DNA of 62,896 nt, filler included, from Nitrospinota bacterium (GTDB lineage: Bacteria > JADFOP01): assembly GCA_022562795.1 (NCBI GenBank). It is 5 parts of 5 records of this genome, joined end to end, with 100 filler letters (N's around TTAATTAATTAA, not from the genome) between each part and the next. Parts side by side here need not be neighbours in the genome. Positions count along the whole stretch, not along the records: positions 1 to 23,912 come from JADFOP010000036.1; positions 24,013 to 30,054 come from JADFOP010000067.1; 3 more parts are not named here. One strand, written 5' to 3'. The notes beneath the pieces were generated by a model that ran no database searches, was not told where the DNA came from, and was given only the letters and a program-made list of their open reading frames with translations. A program made the translations under genes and the position numbers. Shown here piece after piece: positions 15,822 to 26,285 of this stretch (the first letter of the stretch is position 1; each line of letters starts with the position of its first letter).

Positions 15822-17699
15822 ATGACTAATAAGAAGAAGGTGTACGTGGTGCTGGCTTTCCACGCCCACGAGCCACTCTGGGACCTTCCGGGCCAGCTTC
15901 AAAAAACGGTCTCGGACCACAGAATCATCCACGCTATGACACCCGAGCACTACCTACGCAAGCGGGCCAAGGAGGGCCGCAATGTCTACCGCGACATGCT
16001 AGCCCTAGCCTCGGCCCTCGGCGCACCGATTACAATGGACATCACCAACGAGCTCCTCCACCAGATACGAGACGTGCTCCCTAGCACCTTCGAGGAGCTG
16101 GCCCGCGCCTACCAGGACGGCCTCGTTCATCCCCTCTATACGACAGCCCACCATACCCACGCCGCCTTCCTTACCCAGGAGGAACTCTTGGAGGAGATTG
16201 ACCTCAACGCACAATTCCTCCACGACACTCTGGGAGCCACTGAGCCCGCCATCAAGGGCTTCTTTTTCACCGAGGCATCTGTGGACCGACGCTTCCTTCC
16301 CGGCCTGAAGGCCCACGGCATTGACTACATCGTCTTCCCCCACCTCCACCCCGGGAAGTCCGTCTACACTTGCTCGGATCCAGAGGCGGACTACGTTTAC
16401 AAGCCTTTTTTGGTGGAGGGGGGCTTAATCGCCTTGCCGCGCCATTTTCCAGTCTCCCAAGAAATATGGCGCCCAATAACCCGGTGGTATCCCGAAGAGG
16501 TCAAGTACCAGGGTTATCTCATGGGCCAGTATGCCGTCTTCGATACGGAGTACGCATCTGGAGAGACCCTCTCCTTTCCCATAAACAGGCGAGAAGCCAT
16601 TGTCGAGTACACAGCCGTTTTACGCCAAGCCCTCAAGGAGGCTCCCGATGGGGGCCTCATCCTCTACATCCAAGACCTGGAACTCATGGACTTCGGTGAC
16701 GCGGCTCTGGAGATTCTGGAAGAGGCATGGGACCGAGTCACCGGAGAGGGCATCGCGGATGTCCACTTCGTCACCCCACAGGAGTACGTGAAGGAGGCCG
16801 TATCCGATCCGACCGAGCTTGCCTCGGTATCCTTCGAGCGGATCTCGTGGGCGCCAGAAATCAGGCTGGTGGCCCGCTCCGACGGTCATTACCCACCTCT
16901 GGGCGCAGGGGAATTTAGGGGGCTGGATACAGGGAATATATATAGGAAGGACCCTTTCGTCTTCTGGTCCCCTGGACGGTTTTTGACCGATCTCTGCACC
17001 TGGCTAGTGGAATCCTTCGGCTACCCCGTGACCTGCCGGACTCCGGCCACCGTGCTCTCCGAGGAGGGCTACCTGCTGGCGCGCTTTCCCTATCAGGTGA
17101 GGCTTCCCCTCCACCTCAGATTCATGAAAAGGGCCTGCAACTGGGGCTGGAGACCTGACGAAGGGAGAGTCAAGCGCCCATTCCTCCACGCCTACATGTT
17201 GGCCGACTGCCTCCTGCTTCTGCTCAAGCTCAGAGAGGAGATGGCGCCGAAGCCTCCGAAGGTCCTCGACGGCAGGCTACTCGAGGGGCTGTCGCGGCTG
17301 CCGGAACTCACGATCGATCCCCGGGTAGCATACTTGAAATTCGGCCTCGAGCGGCAGCAAGACGAGCGGCAGTTCGACCCGTCCGAGGCGCTTCGCGAGC
17401 TCGACTACGCCAAGGACTTCCGGGCGAAGGCCGAGACCGCCTCCAGGCGCTTAATTGAGATTCTCCCCAAGCTTGATGACCACGAGAACAGAGATCACTG
17501 GATGGACTTTCTGCTGGAGCTACGAGAGCACTGCCGAAATATTTTTCTCGCCTCCGAGCACATTCAGCGAGCCTGGGGCCATGGGGGTGACGTGGAATTC
17601 CTGGTCGTATCTATGTACAAGTATCTTTATGACATCTACCCGCCTATTGGACCCAGGGTAATGGCCGAGGTATGGGGATCGGAGGGTCCCCCGCCCTGA
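15822..17699 (+). CDS. Divergent GH57-like protein
   Basis: FHAHEP, GFFFTEA, QDLELMD, SWAPE resemble degenerate GH57 conserved regions. Confidence 0.7.
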   Translation: MTNKKKVYVVLAFHAHEPLWDLPGQLQKTVSDHRIIHAMTPEHYLRKRAKEGRNVYRDMLALASALGAPITMDITNELLHQIRDVLPSTFEELARAYQDGLVHPLYTTAHHTHAAFLTQEELLEEIDLNAQFLHDTLGATEPAIKGFFFTEASVDRRFLPGLKAHGIDYIVFPHLHPGKSVYTCSDPEADYVYKPFLVEGGLIALPRHFPVSQEIWRPITRWYPEEVKYQGYLMGQYAVFDTEYASGETLSFPINRREAIVEYTAVLRQALKEAPDGGLILYIQDLELMDFGDAALEILEEAWDRVTGEGIADVHFVTPQEYVKEAVSDPTELASVSFERISWAPEIRLVARSDGHYPPLGAGEFRGLDTGNIYRKDPFVFWSPGRFLTDLCTWLVESFGYPVTCRTPATVLSEEGYLLARFPYQVRLPLHLRFMKRACNWGWRPDEGRVKRPFLHAYMLADCLLLLLKLREEMAPKPPKVLDGRLLEGLSRLPELTIDPRVAYLKFGLERQQDERQFDPSEALRELDYAKDFRAKAETASRRLIEILPKLDDHENRDHWMDFLLELREHCRNIFLASEHIQRAWGHGGDVEFLVVSMYKYLYDIYPPIGPRVMAEVWGSEGPPP

Positions 17700-17795
17700 A
17701 TAAATGAAGGAATCGGCTACTAATTTGGTATGAATATTGCTGTAAATACCTCTTGAGGTGACTCTACCAGCCCTGGCAGGCATTCCTGGAAGCCC

Positions 17796-18488
17796 ATGAC
17801 AAAGCTCAAGAAAAAGAGAACCAAGACCAAAAAGCCCGTCCGGGCCCTGGCCCCATTTTTGTTTGTCGCGTGCATCGAGCTCAAGGAGATGCTCGGCCGT
17901 CGAGCCCGCGACGAGCTCGATCTCCTTGAGCATTTGGAGGAGGTCCCCGCCGATTCCATCTACTTCCACACTTACTCCTACTTCCTTCGCCACAGCTACG
18001 TAAAGGGCCCATACCCCAACGACTTCGCCACCTGGGCGGCGAGTGAGGTTGGTGACAACGTCCTGGGCGAGCGTCTGGGGCTTCTAAACCCTTTCGCCTT
18101 TGAGTCCGTCGAAGCTCTAAGGAGCGAGATAATCACGATCATCGACGATCATCTACAAGGCCTTCAGGTGGTTCCACGGGTGGTCCATGGGGAACTCTTC
18201 GAGTTTATGAGCTCCCGCATCATTGAGGTCCCCACAGAGTTCGAGGTGGAAACACTGCCGGATTTTGTTGCGGCCCTCAGGAACGTGGAGGCAAGCGCCA
18301 TCTACTTCCACGTCTTCGAAGCCCAGCTCCGCATGGGCAAGGGTCAAAGCGACTTCGCCAGATGGCTGGAGATCGCCGTGGGCCAGGGGGCCCTGGCCGA
18401 ACGCCTGAACAGAATCGACCCGTACCTGCTGAGCCTGGAGGAACTCAGGGCCCAGATTCTCGAGCTCTGTGAAATGGCCCTCGACTGA
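17796..18488 (+). CDS. DUF5752 family protein
   Basis: Duplicated SIYFH...NDFA.W / AIYFH...SDFARW modules upstream of treT. Confidence 0.8.
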   Translation: MTKLKKKRTKTKKPVRALAPFLFVACIELKEMLGRRARDELDLLEHLEEVPADSIYFHTYSYFLRHSYVKGPYPNDFATWAASEVGDNVLGERLGLLNPFAFESVEALRSEIITIIDDHLQGLQVVPRVVHGELFEFMSSRIIEVPTEFEVETLPDFVAALRNVEASAIYFHVFEAQLRMGKGQSDFARWLEIAVGQGALAERLNRIDPYLLSLEELRAQILELCEMALD

Positions 18489-18496
18489 AAGGGAAA

Positions 18497-19726
18497 GTGA
18501 TGCCCAATGCCAGCCTGGAGCAGTATCGCCCATTCGTCCCACCGGGGACCTTGGAGTCCATCTACGCCATGGGCGATCGGGTTGCCGGGACAAGCTTCCT
18601 CCATGTCAACTCGACCCGCGAGGGAGGCGGTGTTGCAGAGATACTGCACCGGCTCATCCCCCTGCTCAAAGAGGTTGGGGTGAAACCCCGATGGGAGGTC
18701 ATCTCCGGCAATCCCCTGTTTTTCGAAACCACCAAGGCATTTCACAATGCCCTCCAGGGAATCGAGCAGCGCATCACCACGGAGATGTTCGATTCATATC
18801 GAGCGTGCAACGAGGAGAACGCCGGGAAGCTCAACCTCGATGCCGACGTCTCAATAATCCACGACCCTCAGCCGGCGGCTTTAATCCTTCATGGGTCCAA
18901 CCGCACGCGGTGGGTCTGGCGATGCCACATAGACGTCGCCAAGCCCCAGAGGAACGTCTGGAGCTTCCTGAAGCCCTACATTCTCAAGTATCACGCCACG
19001 ATCTTCAGTCTCCCTAAGTTCGCTCAGCGACTACCGATGCCCCAGTTTCTCATCTACCCTTCCATCGACCCGTTGAGCGACAAGAACCGGGAGCTGGAAG
19101 CCAAGGAGCAGGAGAAAATCCTGGAGGAGCTTGGTCTACCCCAGGATAAGCCAATACTCCTCCAAGTATCGCGATTCGATAGGTTCAAAGACCCTTTGGG
19201 AGTGATCAAGGCATATCAGCTGGTTAAAGAGACCGTCGACTGCAGGCTGGTCCTCGCCGGGGGCGGAGCCACCGATGATCCCGAGGGCGCCGAGGTCCTG
19301 AACAAGGTCCGGGCCGCCGCAGAAGGGGACCCCGACATCACCATCTACGACCTTCCACCCACGGCTCATCTCCAGATAAACGCTCTGCAGCGGGCCGCCA
19401 CGATCGTCATCCAAAAATCAGTCAGAGAGGGATTCGGCCTCACCGTGGCCGAGGCCATGTGGAAGGGCAAGCCGGTCATCGGCGGGGCTGTTGGAGGTAT
19501 AGCGTCCCAGATAGTCCAGGGGGTCACGGGCTACCTGGTCCATTCCATCGAGGGGGCCGCATTCCGGATACGTTATCTACTGAACCACCCAGAAGTGATT
19601 GCGAAGATGGGGGCCGACGCCAGGGAATTCGTAAGGCAAAACTTCCTCATCACCCGCCACCTTAGAGATTACCTGGCCATTTTGCTGATGATTGGCAATC
19701 TTGAGGATAGCAGAATCACCCTGTAG
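18497..19726 (+). CDS. treT: Trehalose synthase-like GT4 glycosyltransferase
   Basis: HVNSTREGGGVAEIL, IHDPQP, WRCHID, PSIDPLSDKN, VSRFDRFKD, EGFGLTVAEAMWK. Confidence 0.9.
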   Translation: MMPNASLEQYRPFVPPGTLESIYAMGDRVAGTSFLHVNSTREGGGVAEILHRLIPLLKEVGVKPRWEVISGNPLFFETTKAFHNALQGIEQRITTEMFDSYRACNEENAGKLNLDADVSIIHDPQPAALILHGSNRTRWVWRCHIDVAKPQRNVWSFLKPYILKYHATIFSLPKFAQRLPMPQFLIYPSIDPLSDKNRELEAKEQEKILEELGLPQDKPILLQVSRFDRFKDPLGVIKAYQLVKETVDCRLVLAGGGATDDPEGAEVLNKVRAAAEGDPDITIYDLPPTAHLQINALQRAATIVIQKSVREGFGLTVAEAMWKGKPVIGGAVGGIASQIVQGVTGYLVHSIEGAAFRIRYLLNHPEVIAKMGADAREFVRQNFLITRHLRDYLAILLMIGNLEDSRITL

Positions 19727-19794
19727 GTGTATCATCCGCAGGGTTTTCGTCTGCCGGATTGGCGTCGTTAAGCCTTCGGAGGCTCCCATAATAA

Positions 19795-19823
19795 AGCCCG
19801 CAACGTATTAATTGTTGCGGGCT
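19795..19823. terminator. Hairpin between convergent treT and tRNA-Asn
   Basis: AGCCCGCAAC...GTTGCGGGCT. Confidence 0.7.
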
Positions 19824-19831
19824 AAGAAATC

Positions 19832-19907
19832 TGGCTCCAGGGGCGGGACTCGAACCCGCAACCTAGTGGTTAACAGCCACCCGCTCTGCCGGTTGAGCTA
19901 CCCTGGA
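19832..19907 (-). tRNA. tRNA-Asn(GTT)
   Basis: Cloverleaf, CT-GTT-AA, CCA end. Confidence 0.97.
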
Positions 19908-20028
19908 GCGAAATGCATGCTATTATAACGCCCTACTGGAGGCCCCGCAAGGGTAAGTCAGACGGGGTATCGTACGAACTCTGATGGAATTTGAGTCTAA
20001 GGCCAAAAACCAGGGGTGAGAAATTCCG

Positions 20029-20520
20029 ATGGATGAGCTTGCGGCCCTCGTCAACGGCGTCATTGAGGGGATTCGAGATGATCTCAAACGGCTCAACTAC
20101 GAGCTTACCGCCGTCATCCCAAAGGAGTTGGAGAAGGCCCGCTCGTACGGCGACCTGAGCGAAAACTTCGAGTACCACAGCACCAAAGAGCGGCAGGCAT
20201 TTGTGCAGATGCGGGTAAGCCAGCTCAACCGTCGGCTGAGTGACCTTAGAGACCTGCCCCTCCAAAACCTGCCTCGAGAGACCGTTGGCCTCTTCAGCCA
20301 CGTTTTTCTGGAGGATGATGAAGGCGAAGTCTACGACTACAAACTGGTGCTGCCTGAGATGGTGGAGAAAGATTCATGTTCCATTTCGATAGGCGCGCCG
20401 AGGGCTAAGGCTCTTTTAGGCAAGGCTCCCGGGGATCGCGTTCGTCTTCCATCCGAGGGGGGCGGCATAGAGGCCGACATCCTCCGGTTTATCAATCCAT
20501 GGGGTGAGGAGATCGACTAA
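20029..20520 (+). CDS. greA: GreA/GreB family transcription elongation factor
   Basis: ARSYGDLSENFEYH; ISIGAPRAKALLGK. Confidence 0.85.
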   Translation: MDELAALVNGVIEGIRDDLKRLNYELTAVIPKELEKARSYGDLSENFEYHSTKERQAFVQMRVSQLNRRLSDLRDLPLQNLPRETVGLFSHVFLEDDEGEVYDYKLVLPEMVEKDSCSISIGAPRAKALLGKAPGDRVRLPSEGGGIEADILRFINPWGEEID

Positions 20521-20578
20521 ACCCTCACCGACCTTACGCCTCCCCGGCCCTCTCCAAACCGGGAGGTGTGAAAGCTTC

Positions 20579-20650
20579 CCGGAAATCGCTAATTCGGAAA
20601 ATCCCGGAAAATCTCTTATTCGGAAAATCGCGGAAAATCGCGGAAAATCC
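20579..20650. repeat. Tandem 10-mer array (CGCGGAAAAT)n
   Basis: TATTCGGAAAATCGCGGAAAATCGCGGAAAATC plus degenerate units. Confidence 0.85.
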
Positions 20651-20666
20651 GCCATCCTCTCGCCCC

Positions 20667-23141
20667 TCAGTCTGTTTTTTCACCCATAGAGAATGCGGAA
20701 CTCTGTGACGGCAGAGCCTCCCGGTTGAAATTCAACCGCTTGGCCAGACGCAACGCCGCCTCGAGAAGCTCCCCGTGGTCGGGCTTCCGACCTCTCGAAG
20801 CGCCCAGGAGCTTCGGCATCTCGCGGCAAGCCAGACGGTAATAGCGATTCTGAATGTCCCAGAGCCGAGGCTCGATCCCCAAAAGGTCGGCGAGCTCCAA
20901 AAGATGTTCGGAGCGCTCCAGGGAGGCAAACGAAAAATCCTCCTCGAGGGCGTCGAGAGACTTATCAAGGGCCTCCTCCAGGCTGCGCGTAGCGGGTTCC
21001 GTCGCGAGAGGGAGCCCCCAGCGGCCCGCCTCGTCAACGAGGGCCTCCACGGCCTCATCGTGGTTCGCAACGCCCGGTGCGCCTATCGCCTCGATGGCCT
21101 CCTTCTCCAGGGTATAGGCGGCCGCCCCCAGGAATCCCGGAACCAGCGGAGCGTTGACATCTTGGAGGTAGGTCATGAGGCTTCGGTTCTCCTCGTACAT
21201 GGCCCGGTAGGTGGAGTCGAACTTAGCCACCACCTGCTCGGTCAGCATCTCCACGACCTTGCGGCGCTTCTCGATAAATAGATCCTTCAGCGCGTAGTAT
21301 TCGAGCCCGAAAACGCCGTCGAGCGTCCGGATGACCTCGGTTAGGCCCTCCCGCTCGAACTGGCGAAGGAGGGTCGCCTCGAGATCCTCGTAGTCCTCGA
21401 TGCGGTCGGCCGCGGCCACCGAGCAGCGAAAGTCGTAGCCCCCGAGGTGGATTACCCCGTATACCGCTTGGTAAGTCTCGCGCGTGATTGTTGAAGACGC
21501 GACCACGCGCCCTACGGCGAGCCGGGCCGTCCCCTGGTCGGCGTGCCCTCGCCTCTCCTCTTTGAGGGTGTAGGAGTAGACGGCCCCGTTGGGGCCGGAG
21601 TCTTCAAAGAGCTGGCTGATGGCGTGGTGGGCCACAACCCGGGGAAGGTCTATCATCGTGGGGCGGAGCAGCTTGTCGTAAATCTCCGCTCCGGTGCCGA
21701 GCTCACCAACGTTGCTCGGGGCCTTCTCGAGGTTGCCCCGGAAGGTCTCTTCGAGGTTGACCCCGAACACCTTGGCTAGCTGAACGACCCGGGCCGCATA
21801 CTCAAGGACCTTGACCGTCTCCATCCCGGATATCTCGTCGAAGTACCAACCGCAGCTCGTGTACATGAGCATCGCATGGCGCTGCATCTCGAGGAGCTTG
21901 AGGCTCCGGGTGAGCTCGGCCTCGCCGATTGGCCGCGCCTGGTGCTTTTGGAAAAACCGCTCCAGGCCGGCCTCGGAGCGATCGAGGATGACATCTACAT
22001 AATCGTCACGCGCCGCCCAGGGCTCCTCCATCAACTCCTGCGCCTCCCGCTCGTAGAGAGCGGCCACCGCGTCGCGGAGCTCGTCCAGGGCCTCTCTCAG
22101 GGGCATGCGCCAGCGCTGATGCCAGCCCCGCCCCGGGTCCATGAGGCAACCGCAGTCGCTCCGCCACCGCTCGATGCCATGGGAGCAGCTCCAGGAGGAA
22201 TCCTCCACAATCTCCACCTCGTATCGGGGCGGATGCGCCTCCAGGAAGCGGCTATAGTTCGTTAGGGCCACCTCGGGGTTCTCCTCCAAACTTTTCAAGA
22301 GGTAGGCCAGGGCCATTTCGCTGAAGGGCAGGTGGTGGCCGTAGGTCTCCCCGTCGGTCGCCAGGTGGACGAGGCGCGCTCTCCCCCTGTGGCGGCTGAA
22401 GCTCGCGAGAACCCGCTCGAGGAAATTCTCGCCGCTTCGGGGGAGCCCCCCGAAGGCGACGGCCTGCGCCAGAGGGCCATCGTAAAAGAACAGGGAGATG
22501 GCCCGGCCCGAAGGTAGCCGGCACCGGTAGGCCCGAGATGTATTGAGCCTTTCGGCGGCCACCTCGGCCCATTCCCTGCTGCCTATCCGTCGGACCCTTC
22601 GAGCCTGGTGCGGGGCCAGGATGGTGAACGAGATGCCTTGGCCGGCCAGCGCCTCGAGGGTGGCGACGTCGACGGCGCACTCGGGGAGCCACATCCCCTG
22701 GGGCTCGCGGCCAAAACGGACCTCGAAATCACGAATGCCCCAGAGGACCTGGGTCGTCAAGTCGCGGGCGGAGCAGAGAGGCAAGATGGGGTGGTTGTAA
22801 GCCTGGGCGATGGCGTTGCCGTGACCGCCGTTTAGGAGTCGGCTGCTATGGTCGGCAGCGACGATAGCCTGGTAGACTTCCGGCTCTTCGGTCTCGAGCC
22901 ACGAGAACAGAGTGGGGCCCATGTCGAAGCTTATTCTCTCGAAATTGTTGGTTATCTCCAGGATGTTGCCATCTGAGTCGAGGAGACGGGCGGCCGTGTT
23001 GGGAGCGTAGCTCTCGGCGGTCACCCGGGCGTTCCAGTCGTGGAAGGGGGCGGCGGAGTCCTGGACCTCCACGGCCTCAAGCCACGGGTTCTCCCGCGGC
23101 GGCTGGTAGAAGTGGCCGTGAATGCATACGAACCTCTTCAT
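20667..23141 (-). CDS. GH57 glycoside hydrolase with DUF3536
   Basis: IHGHFYQPPRENPW, GMWLPE, ATDGETYGHH, SSWSCSHGIERW, MYTSCGWYFDEISG. Confidence 0.92.
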   Translation of the reverse strand: MKRFVCIHGHFYQPPRENPWLEAVEVQDSAAPFHDWNARVTAESYAPNTAARLLDSDGNILEITNNFERISFDMGPTLFSWLETEEPEVYQAIVAADHSSRLLNGGHGNAIAQAYNHPILPLCSARDLTTQVLWGIRDFEVRFGREPQGMWLPECAVDVATLEALAGQGISFTILAPHQARRVRRIGSREWAEVAAERLNTSRAYRCRLPSGRAISLFFYDGPLAQAVAFGGLPRSGENFLERVLASFSRHRGRARLVHLATDGETYGHHLPFSEMALAYLLKSLEENPEVALTNYSRFLEAHPPRYEVEIVEDSSWSCSHGIERWRSDCGCLMDPGRGWHQRWRMPLREALDELRDAVAALYEREAQELMEEPWAARDDYVDVILDRSEAGLERFFQKHQARPIGEAELTRSLKLLEMQRHAMLMYTSCGWYFDEISGMETVKVLEYAARVVQLAKVFGVNLEETFRGNLEKAPSNVGELGTGAEIYDKLLRPTMIDLPRVVAHHAISQLFEDSGPNGAVYSYTLKEERRGHADQGTARLAVGRVVASSTITRETYQAVYGVIHLGGYDFRCSVAAADRIEDYEDLEATLLRQFEREGLTEVIRTLDGVFGLEYYALKDLFIEKRRKVVEMLTEQVVAKFDSTYRAMYEENRSLMTYLQDVNAPLVPGFLGAAAYTLEKEAIEAIGAPGVANHDEAVEALVDEAGRWGLPLATEPATRSLEEALDKSLDALEEDFSFASLERSEHLLELADLLGIEPRLWDIQNRYYRLACREMPKLLGASRGRKPDHGELLEAALRLAKRLNFNREALPSQSSAFSMGEKTD

Positions 23142-23247
23142 GGGCAGGAGCAAGCCCTCCTTCATGCCAGTGAAAGCACTGACAAACCTAAAGATAGCCA
23201 ATCCGTGATGGGAAGTCCAGTCCGAGACCCTCGCTGTATAAGGGTGG

Positions 23248-23828
23248 GTAGGGGCCGCCCGGCCTGAGGTCCGCCTTCCGCCTAAGGCGGACCTCAGGCG
23301 GACAGCACCCCGACACCAACAAACCCTGTAGGGACAGCCTTTAGGCTGTCCGGCCTTTAGGGCAGGAAGCGGCAGTTCCGCCTTAGGCGGATGAACGGAC
23401 AGGGAGTCGCAAGTCCGCCTCAGGCGGAGTCGGCCCTGTCCCTACACAGGATTAGGCCAATGTAGCCTCCGTTCTCTTGTTATGTAGGGACACCCCTTGT
23501 GGGTGTCCGGCCTTTACCGGGTAGTCGGGGTCGCCCCTGACCCCGACTCCTTTTACCAGTCCTTCCTGTAGGGACGCCCCTTGTGGGTGTCCGCGAACAA
23601 GCATGACCCCCAGGAAAAGGATAAACCCCCGTCCGCATACACGACCCGCCCTTCATACCCTCGGACAGGGTAAACCCTGTCCCTACACAGGCACACGACG
23701 ATGTAGGGACAGCCCTTGTGGCTGTCCGGCACAGAAGAGAGAGGTTAACGTTGTCCGGAACAGAAAGTCGGTTTATTAATCCATATCGGAGGCCCTCCGC
23801 CTCAGGCGGATAAGGAGGGACTACCCGG
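23248..23828. repeat. Large mosaic REP cluster (families A and B plus TCCGCCTNAGGCGGA units)
   Basis: Many GTAGGGAC and GTCCCTAC units; 23575-23728 resembles 11330-11457. Confidence 0.9.
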
Positions 23829-23912
23829 GATGAGGAGGAAGAGAGGATGAGGGGTATGAAAGGAACAGGAATGATAACAAATGGTAGCCTCGTTACCCTG
23901 GCTTCGGCCCTG

Positions 23913-24012
23913 NNNNNNNNNNNNNNNNNNNNNNNNNNNNNNNNNNNNNNNNNNNNTTAATTAATTAANNNNNNNNNNNNNNNNNNNNNNNNNNNNNNNN
24001 NNNNNNNNNNNN
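23913..24012. other. Artificial contig linker
   Basis: N44-TTAATTAATTAA-N44. Confidence 0.99.
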
Positions 24013-24390
24013 ACTGAAACCTGAGCCTTTATATTGCTGAGGAAATAGAAATCAAAGGAGTATAGTTAAAACGTCAGAATTCAACGAAGAAAATTTTGCT
24101 GTATACTCCCTCCGACCACCCTCCCATCCCACGGGTCACTAAACAATATAAACTCTTCCATGCCTCCGTGTCTAGTCCAAAAATCATTTTCCTACGCTCG
24201 GAGAGCAATTTTTTTCAATTACAGGGTCCATGTTCCAATGATCAAGATTGAGTATGGGCAGGCCCCGACACGATGACTTGATAACGGCAAATTGTCCAAC
24301 GAGATAGGGCTAAAAGACTTAGGCCTTTAGCTCCATACGGGGTGGGATAGGACGGTCGAGACAGTTACGGTTTATAAAGACGCTTCCGGG

Positions 24391-25356
24391 TCACGAGCCC
24401 AGTCGCGCTCCCGGACCGATGTGATGTCGCCGGGCAAATTCTCCGGCCCCAAGCTCCTCCTCGCCGTCCAACTGGAGGGAAATCACCTGCAAGGCACCCT
24501 CACCCGAAGCAACCACAATCGCTTCGTCTGAGTCTACCCCGATAACCTCTCCAGGGTGTTGCCCTTGAACTTCATCCTGCAGGTCGCAAACTTCGCCCCA
24601 CCAGACGAAGAGCTTCCGTCCATTGTGGAACGTAAAAGCTCCAGGATAAGGATGTGTTACGGCCCGGATGAGATTGTAGATCGCGCGGGCAGGCTGAACC
24701 CAGTCAATCTTTCCATCCGCAGGTGTCCTTCGACCAAAGTAGCTCGATAGGGAATGATCCTGTGGGATACGGGGTGCCCGGCCCGATTTTTTGAGGGGCC
24801 AAGTTTCACGAAAGAGCTCACGTGAAGCTTCCGTCATTTTATGGTGTAGGGAAATGGCGGTGTCCGTATCGCTAATGGTAACAACCCGTTGGGAGATAAT
24901 CTCGCCTCGATCCGCCTTTGCCTCCATATAATGAAGGGTCGCCCCCGTTTCGGTCTCCCCGTTGACCAAAACCCAATTGACCGGCGCTCGTCCCCGGTAC
25001 TTGGGAAGGAGCGAGCCGTGGAGGTTGATGCAACCACGGGGGGGGATGGCCAAGATATCGGGGGAGACGATCTGGCGGAAAGCCAAGGAAAAAAGGATGT
25101 CCGGCTGGAGGGCCATCAAGCTACTCACAAAGATCGGCTTGTTGACGTCGTTCGGGGTATGGACCGGAATAGAATGAGTCCGGGCCAGCTCAGCGACGGA
25201 CCGGTACCAACCGTTCTCGTTGGGATCGTCGTGGTGCGTCACCACAGCGACAACCTCCTCACCTGCCTTAATGAGCTCCTCAAGACAGACGTAGCCCACC
25301 TCATGATAACCCAAAACAACCACCCTCCTAGCTGTGCTCCTCTCTCTCATCCTCAC
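24391..25356 (-). CDS. Formyltransferase (ArnA N-terminal / Fmt-like sugar N-formyltransferase)
   Basis: GYHEVG, VVTHHDDPNE, INLHGSLLPKYRGRAPVNWVLVNGETETGATLH, RAVTHPYPGAF. Confidence 0.9.
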   Translation of the reverse strand: MRMRERSTARRVVVLGYHEVGYVCLEELIKAGEEVVAVVTHHDDPNENGWYRSVAELARTHSIPVHTPNDVNKPIFVSSLMALQPDILFSLAFRQIVSPDILAIPPRGCINLHGSLLPKYRGRAPVNWVLVNGETETGATLHYMEAKADRGEIISQRVVTISDTDTAISLHHKMTEASRELFRETWPLKKSGRAPRIPQDHSLSSYFGRRTPADGKIDWVQPARAIYNLIRAVTHPYPGAFTFHNGRKLFVWWGEVCDLQDEVQGQHPGEVIGVDSDEAIVVASGEGALQVISLQLDGEEELGAGEFARRHHIGPGARLGS

Positions 25357-25370
25357 CTCATTGTAAGCGA

Positions 25371-26207
25371 TTATTCATTAAAATGGCCTATAGCGTGCCT
25401 TCCTTGATGTGACCGAGTTTCCAGAAGAACCTGAATTTGGTGTTGATTAGAATTCAGCCGTAAGGATTCCTGCCAACAGGAACGTGCCTCCTCGGATCTG
25501 CCTGCTTCCTGGAGCCACGCACCTAGCTCGTTTAAGGCCGGCACCTGGAATCGGCCGAACAGAGGATTGAGCTCGAGGCTTTCCACGAGCCGGGCAATGG
25601 CGTCTGGCGTATTGCCGAGGAAACGGTATAGGCGGGCCAGATTAAACTGGGCCTCGGAGTGGAAGGGCTCCAACCCCATGGCCCGGCGGAGGACACCGAC
25701 GGCGTCGCCAAAACGCCCTCTGGCGCAGTAGACATTGGCGAGGCCGCTTAACACGTAGCCGTCATCGCCGAAGATGGCCAGAGCCTCCAGGACGTATCGT
25801 TCGACCTCGTCCCAATCGCTCCGTTCGGTTGCCAGCAGGGCCATGTACTTCGACATCTGGTAATTAAGACACGCCGTTAGGGCTTGTCTTCTCTCAGGAC
25901 CTGAAGGGTGGTCAATATAAGCCTTACTTATCTCAAGGCAAAATCGGTCGTAGGCGATGGGGAGGTAAGGACCTTCCAGGTCGGAATCGCTGAGGCCCTC
26001 CTCAGCCAAAGCTCTAAGGGCCTCCTCGGTCTGGCGGCGGGCCTCTTCGGCTGAAATCACCCCTCCGCGCTCTCCCATGTGGGCCGTTGCGAGGTTGCAC
26101 CGGGCAAGAGCGAATGAGGGCCTGAGAGCCAGGGCCCTCTCAAAAGACTCCAGCGCCATCGATAAATCGCCCTCCAGGGAGGCCGCCACCCCTTGGGCGT
26201 TTATCAC
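25371..26207 (-). CDS. TPR-repeat protein, probably 5'-truncated
   Basis: TPR-like repeats; no RBS; the frame stays open upstream into the opposite-strand gene. Confidence 0.6.
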   Translation of the reverse strand: MINAQGVAASLEGDLSMALESFERALALRPSFALARCNLATAHMGERGGVISAEEARRQTEEALRALAEEGLSDSDLEGPYLPIAYDRFCLEISKAYIDHPSGPERRQALTACLNYQMSKYMALLATERSDWDEVERYVLEALAIFGDDGYVLSGLANVYCARGRFGDAVGVLRRAMGLEPFHSEAQFNLARLYRFLGNTPDAIARLVESLELNPLFGRFQVPALNELGAWLQEAGRSEEARSCWQESLRLNSNQHQIQVLLETRSHQGRHAIGHFNE

Positions 26208-26285
26208 CCGTGGGCTCTCGCCCCATGAGGCACGGTAATTGCTGATAAGAGCTAGCGGAATGAGCTGGTAGGGAGGAGCGAGCTT

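Noticed and set aside
23248-23828. Repeat cluster as a CRISPR array
   Set aside because: Units alternate in orientation, spacing is irregular, they match the RAYT-flanking REPs, and no cas genes are present.
23848-23912. Gene start MRGMKGTGMITNGSLVTLASAL
   Set aside because: Plausible RBS, but cut by the contig end after about 21 codons, so no call is possible.
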